DNA of 64,000 nucleotides from Glaucostegus cemiculus (taxonomy: Eukaryota), in NCBI GenBank assembly GCA_976551045.1, contig CDPCPM010000180.1, forward strand, positions 6,200,001 through 6,264,000, in the 5' to 3' direction. The notes beneath the pieces are model-generated. The model saw only the letters and a list, made by a program, of their open reading frames with translations. It was not told the DNA's origin and made no database searches. Positions within the stretch are counted from its first letter, which is position 1; each line of letters opens with the position of its first letter. The position numbers and the translations under genes were made by a program. Shown here piece by piece: positions 35,900-50,190 of this stretch.

Positions 35900-38700
35900 A
35901 ATTATAGAACATTATAGCACAATACAGGTCCATTGGCCCACGACGTTGTGCCAACATTTTAACCTACTCCAAGATCAATCTAACCATTCCCTCCCGCATA
36001 GCCTTCCACTTTTCTATCTTTCCTGTACCTATATAAGAGTCTCTTAAATGTCCCAAATGTATCTGCCTCTACCAGCAACCCTGGCGGCGTGTTCCACACA
36101 CCCACCACCCTGTGTTTAAAAAAAAAAAACTTGCATCTGATATTTTCCCACTGTACTTTCTTCCAAGCACCTTAAAATTATGCTCCCTCATGTTAGCCAT
36201 TTCCACCCTGGTGGTGGTGGGGGGGGGGGGATGTCTCTGGCTGTCCACTCGATCTATGCCTTCTAATCATCTTGTGCTCCCCTGTCAGGTCACTTCTCAT
36301 TCTCGTTTGCTCCAAAGGGAAAAGCCTTAGTTCGCTCAACCTATCCTCATAAGCCATGCTCTCCAATCCTAGTAGCATCCTGGAAAATCTCCTCTGCACC
36401 CTTTCTAAAGCTGCCACATCCTTCCTATAGTGAGGTGAGCAGAACTGAACACAATATTCTAAGTGTGGTCTGACCAGGGTTTTATAGGGCTGCAACATTA
36501 CCTCATGGCTCTTGAACTCAATCCCCCAACTAATGAAGGCCAACGTGCCATACACCTTCTTAACAACCCTATCAACTTGCGCAGCAACTTTGAGGAATCT
36601 ATGGACTTGGACCCCAAGATCCCTCTGTTCCTCTACACTACTAAGAATCCTGCCAATTCTTCCTTCAAATTCGACCTTTCAAAGTGAATCACTTCACATT
36701 TTTCTGAGTTGATCTCCATCTGCCACTTCTCAGCTCAGCTTGGTATCCTATAAATGTCCCCTTGTAACCCTTGACAACATTCTACACTTTCCACAACACC
36801 AAACTTCGTGTCGTCTACAAACTTGCTAACCCACCCTTTCACTTCCTCATCCAAGTCATTTATAAAAATCACGAAGAGCAGGGGTCCCAGAACAGATCCC
36901 TTCAGAACACCACCGGTCACTGACCTCCAGACAGAATGTGCTCCATCTACAACTGCCCTCTACCTTTTACAGGCAAGCCAGTTCTGAATCCATGTAGCCA
37001 AGTTTCCCTGGGTCCCATGCTTCCTGACTTTCTAAATGAACCTTCCGTGAGGAACCTCATACACCACATTCACTGCTCTACCCTCATCAATGTGTCTTGT
37101 CACATGCTCTAAGAGTTCAGTCAGGCTCGTGAAGCACAACCTGCCACTCAAAGCCATGCTGATTACTTCTAATCAGCCTATCCTTCTCCAAATACTCGTA
37201 AATCGTTTCCAATAATTCCTAAGAATAGTTTCCAATAATTTGCCCACCACTGAAGTAAGACTCGCTGTTCTATTATTCCCAGGGTTATCCATATTCCCTT
37301 TCTCGAACAAAGAAATAACATTTGCCACCCTCCAATCATCTGGTACTACTCCTGCGGCCAGTGAGGATGCAAAGATCATTGCCAAGGCTAAGAAATCTCT
37401 TCCTTTACTTCCTGTAGTATCCTGGGATATGTCCTGTCCGGCCCTGGGGACACATCTAACCTAATGTTTTCTGAAAGTTCCAGCACACCCTACTTCTTAA
37501 CATCGATATGGATACAGATGGCACGGTGGCATAGTGGTTAGCACAATGCTTTACAGCGCCAGCGACCCGGGTTCAAATTCAGCCACTGTCTGTAAGGAGT
37601 TTGCACGTTCTCCCCGTGTCTGCGTGGGTTTCCTCCGGGTGCTCCGGTTTCCTCCCACGTTCCCAAGACCTACAGGTTAGGAAGTTATGGGCATGCTACG
37701 TTAGCGCCGGAAACAGGGCGACGCCTGTGGGCTGCCCCCCAAAATCGCTATGCAAAAGATGTATTTCACTGTGTGTTTTGACGTACGTGTGACTAAAAGA
37801 TCTTATCTTATTTTTTAGTTTATCAGCCTGTTTTACACTGTCCTCATGAACATGAAAGTCTCTTTCACAGGTGAATACTGAAGCAAAGTATTCATTAAGG
37901 ACCTCCCCTACCTCCGCAGACTCCAGGCTCATGTTTCCTCCTCTGTCCCTAATCAATCCTATCTTCACTCCAGTCAACCTCCTGTTCTTCATGTACATAT
38001 AAATTGCTGTGGGGGTGGTGGTGTTTTACTTAATCCTGCTTGCCAAGGTTGTCTTGTGCCCCTTCTAGCTCTCCTAAGTCCCTTCTTAAGCATCTTTCTG
38101 GCTACCTTGTAATTCTCTAGAGCCCTGTCTGAACCTTCCTAAAACTTAAGTAAGCTTCTTTCTTCCTCTTCACTAGATATTCCACATCTCTTGTCTACCA
38201 TGATTCCTTCACCTTATCATCCTCTTCCTGTCTCAATGGGGGGAAAACCTATCCAGAAGCCCAAGCAATTGATCTCCTAACAACCTCAACATTTCCACTG
38301 CATTTCCCTGTGTACATCTGCTCCCAATTTACACTCCCAAATTCCTGCCTAACAGCATCATAATTCCCCCTCTCCACACCCACGACCCTCCCCCATTTAA
38401 ATAATTTCCCATACCCCCTGCTCCTATCCTCCTCCAAAGCAAGGGTAAAGGTCAGGGAGATGTGGTCACTGTCTCTGACATGCTCATCCATGGAGAGATC
38501 TGATACTTGACCAAGTCCATTGCCTAGTACCAGATCCAGAATGGCCCGCCTACACGTTGTGTCAGGAATGCTTCCTCGACACGCCTAACAAATTCCACCC
38601 CATCCAAGCCTTTTGCACTGAGGTCCCAATCAATGTGAGGGAAGTTGAAATCACCCATGACAACAACTGTTATTTTTGCACCTTTGCTTTTTTTCACAAT
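35900..38700 (-). mobile_element. Long degenerate CR1 LINE (endonuclease-proximal region to 3' tail)
   Basis: Minus ORF fragments VVMGDFNFPHIDW, SDHISLTF, VPDDWRVANVISLFEKG, GSVLGPLLFVIFINDLD...KFVDDTK and YKTLVRPHLEYCVQF in collinear order. Confidence 0.9.
37520..37812 (+). mobile_element. V-SINE inserted into the CR1 element
   Basis: ggcacggtggcatagtggttag head, ccgggttcaaattc B-box-like, intact core, tail gtgactaaaagatcttatcttatt. Confidence 0.88.
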
Positions 38701-39344
38701 GGCTTTAATTTTACTAAGGTGCCTTAATGCCACACTAATCAAATGTTGCCCTGATGTCAAGGGCAGTCATTGTTACTACATCCCTGGACTTGAGCTCTTC
38801 TGTCAATTATTTTTGCACCAAGCTGAAATGAAAATCTTAGCTAATTGGTTGAAGTAGAATCCAGCTGAATATTTGTAAGCAAATTATTGGTGAATAACTG
38901 AAGTTTTATAACTCTTTCAACAACTTTCATCATACTAATTGTTTGGATGATATTTAAAAGGATGGGAATTGTCCTGTTTTGTGTGGGCAGAGTTGATGTG
39001 GGCTGTTTTCCTCATTTTAATGAATATACGTGTGTTGTAACTGTCCTGGAGTTTAGCTAGAAGTGTATCCAGTTCAAGAGCTCAACACTGGGGTTGTTGC
39101 TTGGTTCCTTGACATTTGGTGTATCCAGTGCTATTTCTTTGTTCCATGTAGGATGAATCAAATTGGCTTCAATGATGGGGGAGGGGGACTTAAAGAGGTG
39201 TCATTATTTTGGTGCAGTGGGAGAGATTTTTATGGTGATAATTAATTGAGTTTGTGCCTTGGTGGACAGAATAGACTGGTATTTTTTCAGTTTTGTGTGG
39301 ACATCTTTGGAATAAAATAAAACACTTTGGCATAAGAGAGCAGC

Positions 39345-40480
39345 CAATAATTGTTATTGGTTTATTATTGTCACTTGAACCGAGGTACAGTGAAAAGCTT
39401 GTCTTACAAACCGATTGTACAGGTTAATTCATTACACAGTGCAGTTACATTGAGTAGCACAAAGTGCATTGATGTAGTACAGGTAAAAATACAGTAACAG
39501 TACAAGAGTAAAGTGTCACAGCTAAAAGTACAGTGCAATAAGGTGCAAGGTCACAACAAGGTGAATCGCGAGGTCATAGTCTATCTCATTGTAAAGGGGA
39601 ACCGTTCAATAGCCTTATCACAGTGGGGTAGAAGCTGTCCTTGAGTCTAGTGGTACGTGCCCTCAGGGGATACGTACCTGTATCTTCTACCCGATGGAAG
39701 AGGAGAGAAGAGAGAATGTCCTGGGTGGGTGGGGTCTTTGATTATGCTGGCTGCAACACCAAGACAACAAGAGGTAGAGACAGAGTCCAAGGAGATGAGG
39801 CTGATGTCCGTGATGCGCTGGGCTGTGTCCACAACTCTCTGCTGCTTCTTGCAGTCCTGTGCAGAGCAGTTGCCGTACCAACCTGTGGTGCTTTCAATGG
39901 TGCGTCAGTAAAAGTTGATGAGAGTCAAAGGGGACCGACCAAATTTCTTTAGCCTCCTGAGGAAGTAGAGGTACTGTTGAGCTTTTGTGGCTGTGGCTTC
40001 TACGTGATTTGACCAGGACAGGCTGTTGGTGATGTTCACATCCAGGAACTTGAAGCTCCCAAACCCTCTCGACCTCTGCACCATTGATGTAGACAGGTGC
40101 ATGTACACCGCCCCCTTTCCTGAAGGCAATGACCAGCTCTTTAGTTTTGTTGACATTGAGGGCAAGGTTGTTGTCATGACACCATTCCACTAAGCTCCTT
40201 ATCTCCTTCCTGTACTCCAACTCATTGCTGTTTGAGATACACCCTACAACGGTGGTATCACTTGCAAACTTGTAGATGGAGTTAGAGCAGAATCTGGCCA
40301 CACAGTTGTGAGTGTATAGGGAGTAGAGTAGAGGGCTGAGGATGCAGCCTTGTGGGGCACCAGTGTTGAGAAAAATTGTGCCAGAGGTAATGCTGCCTAT
40401 CCTCGCTGATTGCGGTCTGTTAGAAAGTCAAGGATCCAGTTACAGAGGGAGGTGCTGAGTCCTAGATCTCAGAGTTTGGT
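39345..40480 (-). mobile_element. Rex1/Babar-type LINE fragment
   Basis: Minus ORFs SNSIYKFASDTTVVGCI...LNVNKTKELV, YLYFLRRLKKFG and IIKDPTHPGHSLFSPLPSGRRYR. Confidence 0.87.
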
Positions 40481-40558
40481 GACAAAGTATTTGGTATTTC
40501 AGTTCATGTATTTTACTGAGGAAAGGTGACTTTCTCTCAAATGGCTTTTTCTTAACAG

Positions 40559-40662
40559 TAGCTGCCACAGAGAGGTCCACTATTGAACCCAACATGGCCA
40601 TTTTGGAATATTGTGCCAGAGAGTGGAAAGGAAACACAGCAAAAGCACAGTTGATGAGAAAG
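40559..40662 (+). CDS. OTULIN: OTULIN exon (start of OTU domain), 104 nt, phase 1-0
   Basis: ttcttaacAG acceptor, AAG|GTGGGT donor; (V)AATERSTIEPNMAILEYCAREWKGNTAKAQLMRK matches human DIMDYCKKEWRGNTQKA (Tyr91/Trp96 region). Confidence 0.93.
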
Positions 40663-41753
40663 GTGGGTGACTACTTTTGTTTTTGTATAAATGTCTTTGT
40701 TTTCAGGATATTTTTTTCCATCACAAAATCTGTTCCAAGTTTCTGACTGTTTCTCCTGGCAATTGTCTGACATTGAACCACATGATTTGGAAACAAATTC
40801 CTGTATTTGAACTGCTGAGCATTCAATTATATACGAGGTCTACCTGTGGCTTAGTTTATTTTCAGTGAAATCCCTCTCCAGTCTCTCCATTACTTCACTC
40901 CATTACTGTTCTTTCTACCACACTCCAAAAGGAATTGATCTGCTGCTGCTTCTCGTACCTTGTGTGATCCCATTCACCCATGTCATCACTGACGTGCACG
41001 TTCCAGCAACAAGAGCAGCTCAATTATTGCATTCTTATTGTTTACAAGCTCCTCCGTAGCCTTATCCTCCCTATATCTGTAATAATACTCAGACCAACAC
41101 CCATCCAAGATCTTGGTCCTGCTCCACTTCTAAACTCTAGTATATCTTCAATTTTAATTGCTCCACCATTAGTGACTGTGATTTCAACTGATTGAGCGCT
41201 AAGCTCCACCTTTTTTTTTAAAGCTACCTCTTTGCTCAAACTTTTGTGTGTCTCAAACTTTGTTGAAATCAAATACCAAATTATTCTCATACTGCACTGG
41301 TGAAGTAATTTCAGATGTTTTGTACTATTAGCAGAACCATATTGGTGCAAGTTGTATTTTTCCACAATCGGCTTGGGTTGTTATGATGCAGAGTGTTTTA
41401 AAGATTTTGTGAACCGATGAGAATATGCCTTGGGGAAACTCCTCAATGGCCCTCTTGAATAATAGTCTGAGTTTGCGAAGTAAATTTTCTCATGGGTGTT
41501 TTGCCATTGGTGTTACTAAAAAAATTTATAGTATTTTTCTAGTGTGTAATGTGATGGTTATAGCATTCAGCAGATTCACATTCTCTGAACTCTGTATGCA
41601 GGTGTTCCTGCTGTGTCCCAGGAACTAGACATTGTTGCTGAGTAATCCTGCTAATCCATCCTTTGAATATGCTCATGTAATTCAAACTTGTCTTTCGAAA
41701 CCAGGAACAAACGTGAAGTTAAAACAAAAAATTGGGACTTTTATTTTAAACAG

Positions 41754-41894
41754 GCCTATGAAGCTGTATGTGAAAATTTCAATTCTATACGTAGAGTTCG
41801 TGGTGATAATTACTGTGCTCTGAGAGCCACACTGTTTCAAGCATTGAATAATGTTGAACAGCTTCCCTGCCTGCAACAGGATGATCTAGACCAG
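41754..41894 (+). CDS. OTULIN: OTULIN exon with catalytic cysteine (TGT at 41814-41816), 141 nt, phase 0-0
   Basis: [31 protein letters not shown]...DLDQ; [18 protein letters not shown] is the human Cys129 motif; aaacAG acceptor, CAG|GTATTT donor. Confidence 0.97.
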
Positions 41895-42564
41895 GTATTT
41901 CTGCATATACAATTATAATTCTTCCTCTTCACTTTTTCTGTGTCCTGAGCTGGAATTTTTCTGAAATGAAGTTATTGTTATGTAAATAGAGTTTTGTGTT
42001 TTATCATATGAAATTAGATTTGAAAGCACACCTGGCTGATGAATGAAAAATTTGAAATACCCTTTTAGATTTACAGAATTTACTCAGTATTACAATATTG
42101 CAAGGAACCATTTGCACCAACCTTTTCACTAAGCAATCCAATTCCACTACTCTTTTCTTGTCTCTAACCATGCAATAATTTTGTCCAAATATTTGAAGGT
42201 TAAGATTAAATCTGTGTCTGGTATCCTTCACGCAGTGTACCCAAATCCTAATTATTCATTAGTAAAAATAAAATGTGATTTTCCTTAATGTGCACTCTAC
42301 TCCTTTTGTCTCCTGTTTATTGGTCCTTCTGCTACTGGAAACAATGTCTCCAAATTTGCTATTATTTCTTATTTTAAGTTTTATTCATTCACTAAATGTG
42401 GATGTTGCTGGCAGTATTACCATTTATTGTCCATTACTAACTGCTTCAGAACCCTGGCAGTTAAAAGTCAACTGCATCAGTAGGGGTAGGGCTGGAGTCA
42501 AGCGTAGCTTAAACCAGGCCAGATTAGCAGATATCCTTCCTGAGCCACATAAGAATAGGATATT

Positions 42565-42818
42565 GGACAATGTACATTGAAACACACAGTGAAATGCATC
42601 TTTTTGCATGGAGTGTTCTGGGGGCAGCCCACAAGTGTTGGCACACTTCCAGCATCATATAGCATGCCCACAACTTCCTAACCCGTACATCTTTGGAACG
42701 TAGGAGGAAACCCACGCAGACAAGGAGAATGTACAAACTCCTTACAGACAGTGGCCAGAATTGAACCCGGGTCGCTGGTGCTGTAATAACGTTACACTAA
42801 CACTACACTACCATGCCT
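42565..42818 (-). mobile_element. V-SINE with internal deletion
   Basis: Reverse complement of the same head (cccgggttcaattc) and tail (tttcactgtgtgtttcaatgtaca) as the other copies. Confidence 0.8.
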
Positions 42819-42929
42819 GCCCAACCAATATTAACTTGGTAATTAAAATGTTGCAGGACTGAAATCTAAGGAGAGGGCAAATGGGGCTGATAGGAATTCT
42901 CTTCTGGGAGTTGCCATGGATTGATTGGC

Positions 42930-45260
42930 CTCCTGTCACATAATAAATAAGAAAGAAAGTTAGTCCCATCTCATGCTCTTTCCCAAAAGCTCTACAAATT
43001 AATTTTCCTCCGTGTCTATCCAATTCCCTTTTTGAACTCCTTGATTAACTGTTTCCACAAGCAGTGTTCCAGATCATAATTATATTCTGCATTAAAGAAA
43101 AATTGCTCATCTGTCATTTAAAACTGTGTCTCCTGGTCCTTAAACCACCCACAAATGGGAGCAGATTCCCTCTACCTGTCCTAACTAAAGCTATTGTGAT
43201 CTCTTGTACCTCCTACCAAATCTCTTCCCAAAATTTTTTCTCCAAAGAGAGCAATCTTAGCTTTTTTTTTTGTTTTAACCTTGCAGCTGAAATACCTCCT
43301 CTTGAAACCATTCCAGTAAATCCCTTCTGTGACTCCTTTTGGCTTCTTCCAATCCTTCCTAAAGTGTGGTGACTTGGCTTTAACAGAAGTTCAGTGTAAC
43401 TTTCCTGTTTCTGAACACCATGTCTCTAATGAAGTCCAGGTTTCTGTATGTTTTGCTTGCTGTTCCCCTGCCATGCCCTTCCACTTTCAAGGATTTAACA
43501 TGCAGATACGCTTCCCTTTAGAACTGTGCAATTTTTATTTTGTGCTTTCTTGTATCATTTGTGCCAAAATGTATCACTTTACACTTTTCTGTAATACATT
43601 TCATCTGTCACCTTCCTGCCCATTCCTTGGCCTATGTCCTCTTACAGTCTGTTACTGTCCCTTTTTTGTTAACTGCTGAACACCTTTCCAAGTTTTGGCA
43701 TCGGAAATTTTCTTTTAAGTTTGGTGTTGCGCACGCACATCAGAGCTGCTGATATCTATCAGTAGGAGTTATGGTCTGAGCACTGATCCTTCGAGGAGCA
43801 CCATCTGTCAACCTCCAACCTGAGAAACAGCCAATTCTTTGCTTTCTAAGCCTTGAGCTAATGTATTCATACTTCTGCGGAGCCATTGTGAGTGGTAAGG
43901 TAGGAATGTGAGGAATAATGAGGATGCCGAGAGACTTCAAGGGAATGTAGATAAAGCTGAATGAGTGGGTAATAACAGTACAGTGTGGGAAAATGTGAAG
44001 TTATCCACTTGCGTAGAAAAATGAGAAATACTGTCTTTGTGTAAACTGTAAAAGTCTAGGACATGCTAATGTTCAAGGGGACTCTGGTGTCCTTTTGCAC
44101 ATCAATGAAAACTAATGTGCATATGCAGCAGACAGTTAGGAAGGCAAATGTTTTGTTGACTTTCATTGCAAGAGGATTTGTGTATAACAGTAATGATGTC
44201 TTAGGGCCTTGATGAGACCATATCTGGAGCATTGTGTGCAGTTTTAACCTTGCCAAAAAATGAAGTTATACTTTCACTGCACTACACTAGAGTGTAGAGA
44301 AAAGATTCACCAGACTGAGTCCTGGGATGGCTGGTCTGTCATGTAAGAATTTGAGTAGGTTAGATCTCTTCTCCAGAAAAAGAAGTAGCTCTTTTCTCTA
44401 GAGTTTTAAAGAATGGGGGGGCGATCTCATTGAAACATGTAACATTTTTAGAGGGCTAGAATGAGGAGAGGATGTCTCCACTGGCTGAGGAGTCCAGAAC
44501 CAGCCCATGAATCATTGATTGCATTCAAAACTGAGCTTGATAGACTTCCAGATAATAAATGATGTGGGGATTGTGCAAGAAAGTGACATCTGCAATATTT
44601 TTAAGTGTCCTATTTCTAATGTTCAATAAGCCTCTGCTTTGCTAATGGGCTTTTTATGTGGGACTTTAACATATTCTGAAAGTTGTATAAACAGCTACTG
44701 GATTCCTTTCATCAACTCCTGTGCTCGATTGGATTTGGGAGAGAGACCTTTATGTGAATCTTGCTGCAGGAATGAACAAATGTTGATTTCATTCAACTTG
44801 GTATCTGCTCATGTAAAGATTATGGATGGCCTGGAACATATCCCTTGGAATACAGAAGTTGACCTATAAGATTAAGCATACTAGGCCTCTAAACTCAATG
44901 TAGAGGAATGTGAGATAGCTCGTGGAAATATAAAATTCTGAAGGAGATTGATAAGGTAGTTGCAGCGATGATGCTTAGCTTGGTTGGGATGTCTACAAAC
45001 AATGATCACTGTGTCAGAATTGTGGGACAGCCATTTGTCACTGATAGGAGAAGAAATTTCTTTCCCCAGCAGGTAGAGAATCTTTTAGAATTCTCAGGGG
45101 GCCGTGGAGACCCAGTCATCTAGTATATTTGTGGCAGATCAATAGGTTTTCAAATATTAAGGGAGTTTCGGGGACGTGGAGTTCAAGGGATATTAGCGCA
45201 GGTGAATGGGAAAAGATCAGCCATGATATTAATGAATTTTGAATAAGGTGTGGAATGGCC
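42930..45260. mobile_element. Cluster of old CR1 fragments on both strands
   Basis: Degenerate motifs such as ggaaaatgtgaagttatccact, aaggcaaatgttttgttgactttcattgcaagagg and agaccatatctggagcattgtgtgcag. Confidence 0.6.
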
Positions 45261-45598
45261 TACACATATCTCTTACATTCTTGAGAGTAGCGGGAGTTTG
45301 GAGCTCGCTGCCTGAAGGGATGGTACGGCCAGGAAACCACATCACATTCAGAAAACTATTGGGATGAGCACTTGAAGTGTAACAACCCACAAATCTTTGG
45401 ACTGGGAGCCGGAAAGTGGAATTAGCTAGCAGGCATGTGATGGCCTTAGTGATATCCAATGCTGTCATTTTCTTTGATTCCATGATGGTGCCTTTGCTGG
45501 AATATCTAAATCATTTGAAAATGGTATTGAAATTGAAATGACTAATTATTGTTTAATTGCAAGACTCTGTAGTAATTCACTAACTCTCTCTTTTCCAG

Positions 45599-45724
45599 CT
45601 TCCAGATAAACTCATTAAGACAAGCTATGTCTGGATTAAGCAGTGGCACTTTGGCATTGAAGACTCTGGGAATGAAAATCCTGTAAAAGTCCTGAAGGGA
45701 TATTTGACAGCACTGAAGGAAAAG
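45599..45724 (+). CDS. OTULIN: OTULIN exon, 126 nt, phase 0-0
   Basis: ctcttttccAG acceptor, AAG|GTACAT donor; LPDKLIKTSYVWIKQWHFGIEDSGNENPVKVLKGYLTALKEK (human LPEKLISKYNWIKQW); same length as the paralogous OTULINL exon. Confidence 0.92.
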
Positions 45725-45894
45725 GTACATTTGGTTGTCAATTCATACAGTAGGATACAAGCTCAGTGTTAACTAAAATTTTAAAATGTCTGTCACCACT
45801 GCTGTTGCAAATACCTATATTGATTAAAAACACTTGAAAGTTAATGGACAGCTCCAAAGATTTGACAGTTCAGAAGTTAAGCTAAATAATTAAG

Positions 45895-46230
45895 ATGGCA
45901 CTGTACCAGACTATGCTGCTGCTGCACAGAAACCCAGGTTTGATTCTGGCCTCCAGTGTTGCTTGTGGAGTTTGTTTTCTCTCCCTGAGACCATATAGGT
46001 TTTTCCAGAGTCCTCTGGTTTCCTGCCATATTCCAATGATTTGATGATGGGTTAATTGGCAACAGTAAATTACATTGACTGTAGGTGGGTTGCAGAAGAA
46101 TTGGGGGAAATTGATGGGCATGCAAGAGGAAATGGATTATGGGGAAATATGTGGGAGAGCAGGACTGATGGGTATGCTCAGAGCTAGTATAGACTCAATG
46201 GGCTGAATGGCTTCTTCCTATTTTGTAAGG
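45895..46230 (+). mobile_element. Old V-SINE-like copy
   Basis: aacccaggtttgattc B-box-like, tggagtttgttttctctccc, degenerate core and tail atgggctgaatggcttcttcc. Confidence 0.55.
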
Positions 46231-49200
46231 AACTAAGGTTAAATTGACTCTTAATGTTCATCATCCCCCTGGAATGGGGTTTCATAAATTCCGTGCAAGA
46301 AAAATTTTAACGGGAGGTTGGCAGAGATGTTGGTAAAGTGTCCATATGCATTCATTCCTGAGGTGTCTGCCAGTATTACAGTTGGAGATGTGAAGCATAT
46401 CCATGGGAGTTCTAACCCAGTGTGGCAATCCTTGACTCAAGGGAGAATTTCTTGGCATTTAAATCCTGGATGGAAGCTGTGCCTAGCCCATGTTCCACAA
46501 CCTCCCCTCATGAACAAATTCTTCATTTAAAGTGTTTATATAAGGTATATATTAGGTGTGTGCCCCTCCATGATGTGCTGGAGGAAAATATTTTGCTTTT
46601 GGTGGCCACTTTTGCTCATGGATGCTAATTAATTTAATGTAATGCCAACTTTAGGAACAAGTCCAAAGTGATACAGTTTAGCACCCAAAATTTCAATGTT
46701 TTGCTGTTTGCAGGAGACGGTCAACAAAACAATGTCCACTAAATGCCTCCTGCAGTCAAGAATGTTCATAAGCTGTTAGGCGCAGGGGTAGCCAAGCAGT
46801 GAAGGAAGATAGTCAGAGAGCAATAGAAGTGGATTAGGATGAGAAAAGCTCTGCTTTTGAGCTGTATTAAATTGGAGAGCTTATTTTCCTCTTGGTCCTA
46901 TGTTTCAAAGGACAAATAAGAGTTTGTGCCTATGTTTCACCATCCCAACCCCAACTCCACAACTTGCCTCCAGAATTGGTCAACTCGCCATTAGCAGTGC
47001 GTTCGTATTTTGCATTGCTGCATCGGACACCTAGCTGAAAGTTATTGTGGAGAGAGATGCAGTGTTGAATGGTGCAAGGTGTGTCCATTCATTCTTTCTT
47101 TATTATTATTGGAAGGAAGAGAAAAATCAAAGTCATCCTCAGCAATATTAGGCAATTCAGCCCCTTGGTCGTGTTCTGCCATTCAGTTATATTGTGGCCT
47201 TTCAGCCTAGACTTGATCTACCCACCTTGTTTCTCTGACCCTTAGTGCTTGTGTTTGAAATTTCAATTGATCCAGCCTCTGTGGTGTTTTGATGGAGAGT
47301 TTTTCCAGATTTGCACTATTCTTTGCAGAGGTGAAAATAAACTACTCCAGGTCAATTTGGCATAGTCAATTTTATAATGTGATAATGGCTAATGTGATTA
47401 CAAACAGATTAGATTGGTAGTGACTGCATTGGCTAGTAAATGAAGTTACTTTTACTCTTGTCTTTTTGTGAAGAAGTGCTTCTTGACACCACTCCTGGGT
47501 AACTTAGCTCCAATTTCTGATGACATCTTCAACTTGAAATGTTAACTTTGTTTCTTCCTACCAGGATAGTACCTGACCTACTGAGCGTTTGTGATACTTT
47601 TTATTTATCCATCCCCAATTTTGAGCATGTGCAGTTTTGATTTTTTTTCTAATTTTCATATCACATCTACTTTTTCTGACATTTCCATCAGAGTAACTTT
47701 TCTCTAATATCATGTTAGTTCCTTTAGTTAACTATGGCATTTTAGATTGTGCCATAATCATTATATTTGAGGAATTACAAACCTATGCAATCTGTTAGCC
47801 ATAACTTAAATCCCTCTTGGCCCACAAGTAAGGCCGAGGGCAGTGCTGTTTACGCCTTCCTGCTTTCTGTTTGTGTCCTTGAATCCCAGTTGTGAACAGT
47901 GTGGAGATATCAAAGAGGGCCAGGATTTTAAACATCAATGATGCCAATCTTATCATTTGTTAATGAAATGGCAAAACTAAATTACATGAAAACCAATATT
48001 TTTTTAAATGAAGTTAGAAATACTCCAGCAGGTCAAACAACAACTGGAGGGAGAATTATTCTGCATTGCACCTCCTCTTGTGGTTTGTTATCTTACACTA
48101 TGGCCATTTTTTTTTTTTGCCATTTATTCTCTGCTGCCCTCCCTATTACAGACCTTCCCTGATTCTCTCTCTCTCTCCATCTTCCTCATTGCTTAACTGT
48201 TCCCAGTTTTAATACAAGCTCATCAACCTGGTATTGACCCTGTTTCTCTGCCCTACTGCAATTGCTGAGTATTGCAGGTGTTTCCTCCATTGTTTCAACT
48301 GAATTATTAAGTTGTGGTTATTCATCATTATGTTCATTAATGTATTGTGTTCTTGTGCATTAGTGTAACTACCAATAGGATGCCTGTGAGACAAGGGGAG
48401 AGGAGGTGGTAGCTGAGGCCTTTTAAGGGAAAACCATCTTGGTGAGAACCAGATCAGGTTTGAGGTGATGCTGGGAGTCACCATTGTTATGATGTGCTTC
48501 ACAGATGAATTCTTGAGTGACTTTTTTTTACCATGTGGCTGTTTAATGGACTTTGTTGAATTGATGCTGCAGTATACTGAGAGACAAATGCTTTTTTGTT
48601 GTTCTTTTTCAAAAGTTCATGCATGTTTTTAAGCAAAGCTTCTATGAGACCTAAGACACAATGGTTAGTATGTTAATATATTAGCATATGTTAATACTCA
48701 GCAAAGTTCTCTGTTCTATCACCTTGGGGGAAAAACAAACAATTCAGAACTTTTAACTTGTATGAGATACAGAACGGAGTTCAGTGTTTTTTTTACATAT
48801 ACAACCAAAAATACAGGTAAAATCGTATAAGGCATTGTTTGAGCAATCCTGATTTACTAGTTTATCAGCAGTAGCATGGCTATGGTGAAGGTTTCATGGT
48901 TGAATAATATTTACCTAATGGATTTGAAGGGCCTTGCGAACTCTTAACAGTTGTGAATTTTTAACACTTACAAGCATTGCATGTGTTTTTTGAAAAATGT
49001 TCTATCCAACTTTGATGACTTAATGGTAAATGAGGAAGTAAGTTTTTGAGGAGAACACCAGATGAGTGTAAAGTGATGCATTTATATGGGCAAAAATATG
49101 GAATATAATGTGTGGAAAGCTTTCAATTTTTACTAGGAAGAATAAAAAGGCAGAATATTATTTTGGAACGTATGCAATTCTTGCATAGTGATATTTGGAA

Positions 49201-49920
49201 TGATCTGAGTATCCTCATACAAGGAACAATTAGGAAGGTAAATGGATTTTTTTATTGCAAGAAGGATAGACTACAAAAATAGATGGTCTTGCTATAGCTG
49301 TTTAGGACTTTAGTGTGATGACTCTTGGAGTAAGCTTGCTGCTTACTGTTTTGGTTCCTTAAAAGGACATGTTCCTTTGAGGCAGTGTCAGGAAGGTTCA
49401 CCTGATTGATTTTTGGGAGGAAGGCTTGTTTTATGCAGAACAATTTAGCCTCTGCTCTCTGGAACTTGGGAGAGTGGGAGGTGATTTCTTAAGAACTTAA
49501 GATTCTGAGGGAACTTACCAGGATAGATGTACCCCAAATGGGGTACTCCAGAATGGTGCGGGGGCGGGGCTCTTCCATTTAAAACTGAGATGAAACTGGA
49601 AATCTCTGACATTCTGTACTCCAGAGAGCTGTTGGCAGAGACTCATTAGATATATTTTCAAGGCTCTGGTAGATCTTTGGACTATATGGAAATTAAAGAA
49701 AATTGGAGATGGGGGTCAACAATTGCACAGTTATGTTCTTATGGAATGATGGAACAAATTTGAGCATTTGGCCTACTGGCCCATCTCATATGGTGCATGT
49801 GCATAATTTGCTATTAATTTTAAAATGTTGGCAACTGGAATTTGCAAAGCTATCTGATAGCAGAACTGACGTGTTGTAACTTTAACTTTCCTCTCTGCCC
49901 TGCCCCACCTTCGCCATTAG

Positions 49921-50190
49921 TATATGCATTTATGTGAAATGGATTCCGGGAAAGAAAGAGAGGCTGCCTGTGAAGAGCTGTTCAGAACTGATACAGAGGA
50001 ATACAGGATGTACGAAGCTGTGAAAATCATGATGTTGGCTAAGGCTATTGAACTTGACTGTGATAAAGTGCAAGAAAAAGAAGTCCCTCTCTTCTGCTGG
50101 CTGATGTTTGCTCGTGATACTTCCACTGACCCTTACCAGTTCATGAAAAATCACTTGAATCACGTTGGCAACACTGGTGGATTGGATCAG
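49921..50190 (+). CDS. OTULIN: OTULIN penultimate exon, 270 nt, phase 0-0
   Basis: cattAG acceptor, CAG|GTAAGA donor; YMHLCEMDSGKEREAACEELF...YEAVKIMML...VPLFCWLMFARDTSTDPYQFMKNHLNHVGNTGGLDQ. Confidence 0.95.
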
